Assembly: GCA_002070105.1 (NCBI GenBank) | Contig: MWCQ01000001.1 | Span: 202,253 to 266,252 of the forward strand | Direction: 5' to 3' | Source of the DNA: Firmicutes bacterium ADurb.Bin193 | GTDB lineage: Bacteria; Bacillota; Clostridia; Monoglobales; Firm-18 | DNA: 64,000 nucleotides | Shown here: positions 10,013 through 19,700 of the stretch, one piece after another | How the letters are laid out: the number at the start of each line of letters is the position of its first letter | Numbering within the stretch: the stretch's first letter is position 1 | Notes under the pieces: generated by a model | Seen by the model: only the letters and a program-made list of their open reading frames with translations | What the model was told of the DNA's origin: nothing | The model's database searches: none | Position numbers and translations under genes: made by a program

Positions 10013-10202
10013 AATCCTCCCTCCTGTTAAATTTATTTTATTCTTATTATTTTATCATATTTCTCTTTTTTTAATAACGGAATAAAATTCCCTCTGCTTT
10101 GGTTTTTTATGAAAGTCAGGCATGAAGCAAGGGTGGTTTACCTTTAGTTTTTTAATGATTTGTGGATGCATAAAGTGCCTTTCGATATTCTCTTATTTCT
10201 TT

Positions 10203-10745
10203 TCATTCAACAGCAAAAACCTCTGCCCAGGTGTCAATCATTGCGTGCAATTTTTCATGGACGCCATGCCCGACGACATTTTCTTCGTGCTGCTCGAACT
10301 GTTCGAACATTAGATTTTGCTCCTGTTCGTCAATCACTTTATCCGCCATCATAAAAAGCACATTGTTTTCCTTGTCAATATGCCGGCGCAACAGGTCACG
10401 GTAGAGCGCGGCGGCATTATTAAATCCTTCAATATTTTTTTCATCAAGGCTTTGGCTCATCTGTGCTATGTATTCTCTGCCCTGTGCGTGTTCCTGCAGC
10501 ATAACTCCGACTGGACCGCCCTCGTTAGGAACTCCCTTGTTAACCAATTCTTTGAATAAATGATTCTCCTCTTTGCCGTGGTGGCATTTATCCGCAAATA
10601 TCCTGAGGAAATAAACCACCTCGCCGTAATAATGAAGAAGGCTTTCAGTATCGCGACTGTCCGGCTCCGTCATTTTTTCAAGAATTTGCAGGACATAAAG
10701 TATAGCCTCATGCTCCTTCCGAAGATCTTGTGTCGCTTTTCCCAT
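10203..10745 (-). CDS. hemerythrin domain protein
   Basis: Repeated His/Glu motifs: KEHEAILYVL, CHHGKEENHLF, EHAQGREY, HIDKENNVLF. Confidence 0.78.
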   Translation of the reverse strand: MGKATQDLRKEHEAILYVLQILEKMTEPDSRDTESLLHYYGEVVYFLRIFADKCHHGKEENHLFKELVNKGVPNEGGPVGVMLQEHAQGREYIAQMSQSLDEKNIEGFNNAAALYRDLLRRHIDKENNVLFMMADKVIDEQEQNLMFEQFEQHEENVVGHGVHEKLHAMIDTWAEVFAVE

Positions 10746-10887
10746 TTTTAAATCCTCCTTTTATTTTTTATATATTTTCCTTGAATTTCTTTTGTCAAAT
10801 CTGTGCACTTGTGCTCAATAGAAACATCCCCTTGACATTACCTTGCTTTCCTTCTTTTCTTTCCTTTGCTTTCCTCGCTTTTTCTCA

Positions 10888-11310
10888 TTATTCTAATGAG
10901 CGGTATTTTACTGTTATGCCATAGACACTTTGTTTTTGTTTTGTTGTATTTATGCTCCGATAATCATCTACATATAATTCGTCATTGCTTAACCACTCTA
11001 TACTGTTTGGTGGAATATCACTTATATATACATTTCCGTTTCCTTTCCCAAGTTTTTTGTCGCTTTTCAAAACGGAAATATGATAAACCCATCCGCTTGT
11101 TGCTCCTCCATTGCTTTCAAAGACATAAGCAACATATTTCCTGTCCGGCGATGGAACTGTTTGCATAATTGTCGGTTCTGAATAATATACTTGATAAATT
11201 ATACATCTTTCTAATACAAACAGCGATATTACTAATATAACAATTATGCTAACAATGCCTAAATTTTTAATTAAATTTGACCTTTTCACAGCAATCACCA
11301 CCAAATCCAC
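10888..11310 (-). CDS. small membrane-anchored hypothetical protein
   Basis: 140-aa ORF with one N-terminal TM segment (LGIVSIIVILVISLFVL). Sampled composition is AT-rich. No motif recognised. Confidence 0.5.
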   Translation of the reverse strand: MDLVVIAVKRSNLIKNLGIVSIIVILVISLFVLERCIIYQVYYSEPTIMQTVPSPDRKYVAYVFESNGGATSGWVYHISVLKSDKKLGKGNGNVYISDIPPNSIEWLSNDELYVDDYRSINTTKQKQSVYGITVKYRSLE

Positions 11311-11482
11311 GAGTTTATGTCTTTATAACTTTGAATACCTACTTTTATGAAACAATGTGGACAGTTGCCGTTGCCACCTATTTCCAATTAAAATAGTGGT
11401 ACAATCCAGTTTTTTATCTGAATTATACCACTTATTGTATATTATGTCAATTCTGCCGAACAGTACTGATTATTCCCACTAT

Positions 11483-12250
11483 TTATTCGACTTTTCCGAT
11501 TTTGTCGGGGATTTGCCGACCCGCATGGTCTATTGTATAGTTTTCCGAGTATATAAGTTGGGATACCGGCACGGATTTATAGCCTTTTTCGCAAAGCTTG
11601 GGCAGAAATATTTTAAGCGCCTCCGCCGTGTGCGGCGCACCGTTATGCAAAAGTATAATCGAGCCGCTTTGGGTTTTATCCATAATCCGTCCCGTAATCT
11701 CCTGCGCCGTCAGCTTTTGCCAGTCAAGGCTGTCCACATCCCACTGAATGCAAAACCTTCCCGTTTTCTTACACGCCCTTACAACCGTTTTGTTGTACTC
11801 GCCGTAGGGTGCGCGGAAAAGGAACGGTTTTTTGCCCGCAAGCCCTTCCAAAATACTGTCGCACTTATCCATATCCGCCGTTATCGCATCCTCCGAAAGC
11901 CTTGAATAGTGCGCATGGTTATAGGAATGGTTGGCGATTTCATGCCCCGCTTCGGAGAGTTTTTTAACCGCCTCAGGATATTTTTCCGCCCAGTCACCCA
12001 CGATAAAAAAGGTGCTTTTTACGCCGTGATTGTCAAGCGTATTTATGATGTCGTCAATATCGCTGTCATTCCACGCACAGTTAAAGGTCAGGCTTATAAG
12101 GCTATCCTCCCTTTCAACGCTGTAAATCGGAAGCTCCCTTTGGGGCGCAGAAACAGGCTCGGAAACCGTAAGGCGAATGGAAAGCGCAATACCCGTTATA
12201 ATGAGCAAAGCGATTAAAAGCGTTCTTTTGCGCAACACAAAAATTCTCAT
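11483..12250 (-). CDS. polysaccharide deacetylase (CE4 / NodB domain), PdaB-like
   Basis: LTFNCAWND...HEIANHSYNH...ILLHNG. I moved the start to ATG 12248-12250 (MRIFVLRKRTLLIALLIITG, a signal anchor). Confidence 0.78.
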   Translation of the reverse strand: MRIFVLRKRTLLIALLIITGIALSIRLTVSEPVSAPQRELPIYSVEREDSLISLTFNCAWNDSDIDDIINTLDNHGVKSTFFIVGDWAEKYPEAVKKLSEAGHEIANHSYNHAHYSRLSEDAITADMDKCDSILEGLAGKKPFLFRAPYGEYNKTVVRACKKTGRFCIQWDVDSLDWQKLTAQEITGRIMDKTQSGSIILLHNGAPHTAEALKIFLPKLCEKGYKSVPVSQLIYSENYTIDHAGRQIPDKIGKVE

Positions 12251-12540
12251 AAATACTCTCCCGTCACTCCCGAAAGCGCATGCTTTCAAAAGCGTATGTT
12301 TGTTGGTGGGACCGACCGCACAATAGTTCGTAAACGGACAAACCGAAATAAAAGGCATATAAGACCACCTTTTACCCTGACCGACGGCTTACGAAAGGTA
12401 AGCCGATAGGCGAAGTTTGTTCACAGCACAAAAACTGATTAAAAATGAAACCCCTATTCCACAAATTTCTTATCCCGATGTCTTTGTGCGATATGTGCAT
12501 TGTGCGTCAGTCCCATTTAAGTATATGAGGATTTTTACGC

Positions 12541-13728
12541 TTATATTCGGGCTACGCCTGTTTCCGCCGCCGCTTTTGCAACAGCCTTCGCCACTGCGGG
12601 AAGGACTTTTTTGTTAAACGAGTCGGGGATTATGTATCCCGGCGCAAGCTCCCCCTCGTCTATAACCGAGGCGATTGCATAGGCCGCCGCAATTTTCATT
12701 TCGTCATTTATATCGCTTGCGCGAACATCAAGCGCACCCCTGAATATTCCTGGGAATGCAAGAACATTGTTAATCTGATTCGGAAAATCCGAGCGCCCCG
12801 TCCCGACGATTGCGGCGCCCGCCGCTATCGCTATATCGGGCATTATTTCCGGCACGGGATTTGCCATAGCAAAGATTATCGGATTTTTCGCCATTGTCTT
12901 TATCATATCGGCGGTTAAAACGCCGGGGGCGGAAACGCCGATAAAGACATCGGTACCTTTTATAACATCCTCTAAACTTCCCTTTTTGCCTTCGAGGTTG
13001 GATATTTCCGCCATTTCCTCTTTAATCGGGTTAAGCCCCTCTCTGCCCTTGTAAATCGCGCCCTTTGTGTCACAAAGAATAACGCTTTTAAGCCCGAGCT
13101 TCATAAGAAGCCTTGTTATCGCAATTCCCGCCGCACCCGCGCCGCTTATAACAACGCTTATGCTGTCAAGGCTTTTACCAGTCAGCTTTAACGCATTTAT
13201 CATTGCCGCAAGCGTTACAACCGCCGTCCCGTGCTGATCATCGTGGAAAATAGGAATGTCACACTCTGCCTTAAGCCGTTTTTCTATTTCAAAGCACCTC
13301 GGTGCGGAAATATCCTCAAGGTTAATCCCGCCGAAGGAGCCCGCCAATAATTTAACCGTGTTTACAATTTCATCAACATTTTTTGAGCGTATGCAAAGAG
13401 GGAACGCATCAACATTACCGAATCGCTTAAAAAGAACGCACTTGCCCTCCATAACGGGCATTCCCGCCTCGGGGCCTATGTCACCCAAACCCAAAACCGC
13501 GGTTCCGTCGGTTACAACCGCCACAAGATTTGCGCGCCTTGTGTAGGTATATGACAAATCGACATCTCTCGATATTTCAAGGCACGGCTCCGCTACACCG
13601 GGAGTGTACGCGATTGACAAGTCATCCTTGTTTTTAAGCTCACACCTCGGCGCAATCTCAATCTTACCCTGCCAATCTTTATGCGCTCTCAGCGCAGTTT
13701 CCTTTAACGACAACTTAAATCTCCCCAT
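12541..13728 (-). CDS. NAD(P)-dependent malic enzyme
   Basis: 395 aa. LSIAYTPGVAEPC, VVTDGTAVLGLGDIG, VISGAGAAGIA (Rossmann motif). Confidence 0.9.
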   Translation of the reverse strand: MGRFKLSLKETALRAHKDWQGKIEIAPRCELKNKDDLSIAYTPGVAEPCLEISRDVDLSYTYTRRANLVAVVTDGTAVLGLGDIGPEAGMPVMEGKCVLFKRFGNVDAFPLCIRSKNVDEIVNTVKLLAGSFGGINLEDISAPRCFEIEKRLKAECDIPIFHDDQHGTAVVTLAAMINALKLTGKSLDSISVVISGAGAAGIAITRLLMKLGLKSVILCDTKGAIYKGREGLNPIKEEMAEISNLEGKKGSLEDVIKGTDVFIGVSAPGVLTADMIKTMAKNPIIFAMANPVPEIMPDIAIAAGAAIVGTGRSDFPNQINNVLAFPGIFRGALDVRASDINDEMKIAAAYAIASVIDEGELAPGYIIPDSFNKKVLPAVAKAVAKAAAETGVARI

Positions 13729-13755
13729 TTCATGTAAACATTAATGTTTATTATA

Positions 13756-16700
13756 CTATAATTCGGGGGAATAGTCCATATTATCCGACATAATAATTTC
13801 GATATTATGATTTTGTCCGTCGTCGGCAAGGGGTATGACAGTCGGCTTTGCGGATTTTGACAAGCCGTCGGGGTTTTTAACCGAAACGCTGTAATTTGTA
13901 TTGCCGTACCTGTATTCAAACGAAAATTCCTTCCACCCGCGCGGTATGCAGGGGTCTACAATAAGGCTTTCCCCTTCCTTTCTGATTCCCAGAATCCACT
14001 CCACGCCGACCCGATAAATCCAGCCCGCCGCGCCCGTGTACCATGTCCAACCGCCGCGCCCCGTGTTTGCTCCCGCAGAGTAAACATCGGCGGCTATTAC
14101 ATAGGGCTCCGCCTTGTATTTTGAAACCTCTATGGGCGTTCTTGAGTGATTTATGGGATTTATCAGGGAGTAAAGCTCCGCCGCCGTATCACCCATGCCG
14201 AGCTTTGCAAAGGCAAGTATGACCCATGCCGCGGCGTGGGTGTACTGCCCGCCGTTTTCACGCACACCGGGAACATAGCCCTTTATATATCCGGGATTTA
14301 TTTCGCCGTCGTCAAAGGGTGGGGTCAAAAGCTTAATAATCCCCTCCTCCCTGTTTACAAGGTATTTCATAACGGATGCCATCGACTGCGACTGATAATC
14401 CTCTCTTCCCGCTCCGGAAATTACGCTCCACGCCTGCGCTATCGCATCTATTTTGCACTCCGTGTTTTGTCCCGACCCCAAGGGAACACCCTCGTCGGTG
14501 TAGGCGCGGCAATACCACGCGCCGTCCCACGCTTTTTGCAGGTTTTCTTTCAGCTCGTCGTTAGGATAGCCGAATCTTCCCAAAACATCATATAAAAACC
14601 AGCCGAGCCATACGCTCTCGCCCCTGCCGTCATTGCCGACAAGGTTCATTCCGTCGTTCCAATCGCCGCTTCCCATAAGCGGAAGCCCTCTTTCACCGAA
14701 CTGCATAGCACGGGCGATTGCCCTTTCGCAATGCTCCCTTATTGTGCCCTTTTGCTCGGTGATAACCGCTGGGCAGTACTTTTCGTCCTCTCCCTCGCAA
14801 AGAGGATCGCTTTGAATATAGGGCGCCTCCTCGTCCAAAATACTGCTGTCGCCCGAAATTCTTATATACTCCGAAACAGCGTAGGGAAGCCACAGAAGGT
14901 CGTCCGAAAACCTTGTTCTCACTCCTCTGAATTCGGTTTTAACCTCATGCCACCAGTGCTGAACATCTCCCTCGGGGAACTGGTGCGAGGCGCACCTTAT
15001 TATATGCTCCCGTGCCAGTTGCGGGTCGTGCATCAAAAGCGCAAGGACATCCTGAAGCTGGTCGCGGAAGCCGTACGCACCGCCGCACTGGTAGAAAGCC
15101 GCGCGCGCATATATTCTGCATGACAGTGTCTGATACAAAAGCCAGGAATTAATCATAATGTCCATTGACCTCTCGGGTGTCTTTATTACAAGTCTTCCCG
15201 TTTTTTCACGCCACATTTGCTTTGTCATCTCCAAAAAGGCATGTGCCTTTTCGGGCGTGTAGGTGTCATCCGAAACAGACATTGAAAATACGATTTGCCT
15301 TGTTTCGCCCGCCTCAAGAATTACGGTGTTCTGAAAAGCGATACAGCTGTCCAGTCCGCTTCCCTCGGTGTTTGAGAGAAAGCAGCGCAAAAGACCGTTG
15401 GGTGTCTGCATAAAACGACTTGTTCCGAAAAGCTCCCTTTTATCGCATGTAAAGGAGGTTATTTCCTCCGACGAAGAAACATACACTGTCTGGTCGGGGT
15501 AATCTGTGTTGTAGCTGTTTTGGGCGGTTATAAAGCCGCCTCTTTTTTCTGTTTTTATAAAGGGCTTTGCCTCCCTCTCGCCTACTCCGATTATGGGGTT
15601 TACATAGTAGGTAAGGGTAATTTTTCGTCTTTTGTCGGTTTTGTTGTTAAGCTCTAAAATACTTATTTTTGTAGGAGCATCGGGCGGGGTAAAAACGGTC
15701 AAAAGGCTTCTTATCCCGCAGTTAATACCCTCAAATGAGGAATAGCCCTTTCCGTGGCGGGTAATAATGCTCCCCGAAAACGGAGTCCAGATTCCGCCGC
15801 ACTCGTCGTCCCTTATATATATAACCTCATGCAAAGGGTCGGAAACAGGGTCGTTTGTCCACGGGGTAAGCTTGTTTTCCCTGCTGTTGTGGTGCCAGCA
15901 AAAGCCGCCGCCGCTTTCGGTCACCAAAAAACCGAAATTTGCGTTTGCCGCAACATTGCACCACGGGAGCGGGGTTGACGCCGAATTGCTTATTTTCATG
16001 GCGTACTCGCCGCCCGTAAATCCGCCCATGCCGTTGTAAAATTCAACCTCGCCGAGAGTAGGCTCCTCTGTCGGATAGTCCTCCTTCGCAAAGCTGATAT
16101 AGGGAATATGATTTTCCTCATGCTCGGTTTCAAGCTGACTGATTATATCGCCTTTATTTGAGTAGAGAACTACTCTTGCCGATGCAAGAAGCAGAGTTTT
16201 AACCTCGGGCGATACGGTGCTTCCGTTTACCATAAATATTCCGCCGCCCGTATTTACAAGCTCTCTGACATGGCTAACCGACACGATGTCGCGTATTGCG
16301 GTTATAAGCGGCTGGTTATAGCTCCCCTCGTCCTCGCTTATTATTACAAGGTCAATTATCTGCCCCTTTATGCGCCAGAGCTCGTGAATTTCGAGAAGGC
16401 TTTTCAAAATGTCAAGCTCGTCAACGCTGTATGCGCAAAGCACAACAATTGGATTGTCGCCCGATATTCCGAAAGGCCACAGGCTCTGCTGACCGAGCGT
16501 GTTTTTGGATATATATTCGCTGAGCCGCCTTCTGTAAGGCAGGATATATATCGTGTTGGCAAGAATCTCATACGCCGCCTTCTCGTCCGCGGCGCTTATT
16601 CCGAGGTATTTGTTTTCAACCTTGCTTCGCGAAAGCGCCATGTCAAACGCCCGCTCGATATTTGAAGCATTCCTGTATTTATGCGCAAGCTCGATAACCT

Positions 16701-19700
16701 CCTCCCTTGTTTCGCCGTATGCCGTGATGACGGCAAAGGAGGAGACCGACCCGCTTTCAATTTTCAGCTTAAAGCGCTGTGACATTATCGGGTCCAAAAC
16801 CGCGCCCGCCGTGCGGCTCATCTCTGCGCCCTCCGACATAACAACAGGGTTTTGAAGGGTATTTTTTCTGCCAGTAAATTTTGCTCTGTCGGTTTCAAAC
16901 TCCGTCCGCCCCTGCTTATCGCCGTTTACGCAAATTGTCTGAAGCGCATATACCGCCTTTGCCTCCTCGCCTCGGGGGCGCCTTCCCGCAATTATGCAGT
17001 CAAGCCCCTCGTCATACTCCGTCCTTATAAACAGATTGCTGAAAGCTGGGTGGGCGTAATCCTCGCTGTGTGCGGTTAGGGTAATCTCCTGATAGTTGGT
17101 TATCTCAAGCAAAAGGTCCTCGTCGGTATGGTTTGCTATTGTAAGCTTTCGTATTTCGGCATTGTCCTCAGGCGATACGATTATTTCCGTCGAGGTGTCT
17201 ATCCCCTCATAGCTTCTGTAAAACTCCGCCTTGTGCCCCGAGAATACCACGCGGTATTTGTCATGGTTTTCAAAAAGCGGTGCTACAAAGTTGCTCCACA
17301 TTCCGCCTCTTGTTATGTCCTTTATATAAACGAAATTTCCGTAAGCTCCGTTTTGAAGGTCGCCCCTGAAGCGCGTTATCGCCACATTCCCGACAGATAC
17401 ATATCCTAACCCGCTGTCCGATATAACACAGCTCATTCTTCCGTTTGACAAAATGTGAACCTTAGGCCCGTTGACATTTACGGAGTTGATCTCGCGAACG
17501 CACATTCCCTCCTCGGTGACAATCGGCTTTAGGGGCTTTATCTTTTCGTGGTTTTCCTTCGAAATAATTACATTTACAGGTACGCGCTCGCCGAGTATTT
17601 CCTCTGTTGCCTGAATCGTGACATCCCTATGGAATCGTTTTTGAAGTATATTGTCGTTTAAAACATTGTTTATCGAAAGAAGGCTCATTCCGAGATGGTG
17701 AACCATATAGCTTTTTATAACGCTGTATTTCTGATGGGGCAGTATCCTCTCCGGCGTGTAGTCTATCGCCTCATAAAGACCGTATTTTCCGAGAATTCCT
17801 ATACTCTCAAGCTGTCTTATATTTTCGATAGCCGAGTCAAAATCGACCATTAGCGCCATTATAGAGGCGTAGGGTGCGACAACCATATCGCTCATAAGCC
17901 CGCGTTTTAATCCCAAATCGGGCACGCCGAACGCCTTATACTGATAATTGAGATCAATATCAAAGGCGTTAAACCCGCTTTCGGATGTTCCCCACGGCAC
18001 ATTCCTCGCCCGCCCGTACTTTTTCTGGCAGTGTATTACAAAGTGATAGGTTTCGTCAATTAGAGTGTTTTTTATGTTTTTCATCAGTATAAGCGGCATA
18101 AGATATTCAAACATTGTCCCCGTCCACGATACAAGACCCTTGTATCCGTCACGGGAGACAAGCGTTCTGCCCAGGGTAAACCAATGCTTTTTGGGCACCT
18201 CTCCCTTTGCTATTGCTATAAAGCTTGCCATTCTCGCCTCGGAGGACAAAAGATCATAGTAGGATTTGGTAAGATGCTCCTCCTCCGCGTTGTACCCTAT
18301 TGTGAAAAGGTGGCGCGTGTCGTCGTACAAAAGCCTGAAATTTGTATTGTCATACAGGTTCTTCAAAAATCCGGCAACCCTGTCCGTGCGCTCCTTAAGC
18401 CCCGGTTCATTATCCGCTATTTCATTTAGCGCCGCTATGACCGCAAGGCAGTATCCGCAAAGATTTCCGCTGTCAACCGTGGAAATATAGCGGGGGCGCA
18501 TAACCTCAAGCGTCCTTGTGTTATACCAGTTATAAAGATGGCCGTTCCACTTGTCAAGCCTTTCAATCGTACCCGTGACCTTTTCGAGCATATCGACCGC
18601 CTTTGCCGAGTCGATAAAGCCCATATCCCTTGCGCACACAATCGCGCAAAGATGAAGCCCTATATTGGTGGGCGAGGTTCTGTGAGCCGCACCGTTGGGC
18701 GGGTCCTCCTGATAATTGTCGGGGGCAAGATAGTTGTCGGACACGGTGGTAAAATCCTCGAAATACTGCCATGTCTTGCGTGCCGTTTCGATCAGGAATG
18801 CCTTGTCCTCCTCTTTTATGATGTGCTTTTTGCTTTCATCGGTCCTGCTTGCAAGGTACATAATAGCGGGCGAGCAAAGCCATACCGCCGTCAACAAAGC
18901 GGAAAAAGCAATGTATTTTGTCGAAAAAAGGAAAAAAAGCACAGCAAGCACGCATGAGGACATCATTTTCCGATAGTAGCCCTTTATGCCGTTATCGGGC
19001 CTTTTGTCGGCATCCGCGGCGGTAACCCACTCAAGAAGCTTCTTTTTTGAAACAGTCATGCGATAGACCGTTCTTATAGCGGCATCCGCGGTTATGCAGG
19101 CATAGTGAAAAAGCAGTATAAACAAAAACGCCGCCTCGTATATAACGCCCTTAAGCCCGTATATAATCGTTGCATGGCACCTTTGCCCTATATAGCGATA
19201 GCCCTCGTTAAACGCCCAGTCAACCGTTGAAATAAGCAGTGAAAAGCATATCGTAAGCAGCGTAAAGCCTGCCCACACAAAGCTGCTCCCCGGAAGCAGG
19301 TTAAATGCGAGAAAAATCAAAATCGTTAAGAACACCGGCACCAGCGAGCGCCTTATGTTGTCAAACATTTTCCACTTTGATACTGCGGAAAGCGGGTTTT
19401 TTACACTTCCGGTAAGCCACGGGATAAGCTGCCAGTCGCCCCGTATCCATCTGTGCATTCGTGCGGAATACGAGCTGTATTTCCAGGGAAATCCGTCGGT
19501 AAGCTCGACATCGCTTATGAGGGCACAGCGAAGATAGCTACCCTCCAAAAGGTCATGGCTTAAAACCTTGTTTTCGGGTATGGTATCGGACAGTATTTCG
19601 TAAAAGCAGTCCACATCAAAGATGCCCTTGCCCGTAAATATCCCTTCGCCGAACAAATCCTGATATATATCCGACACCGCCCCCGAATATACATCGATTC

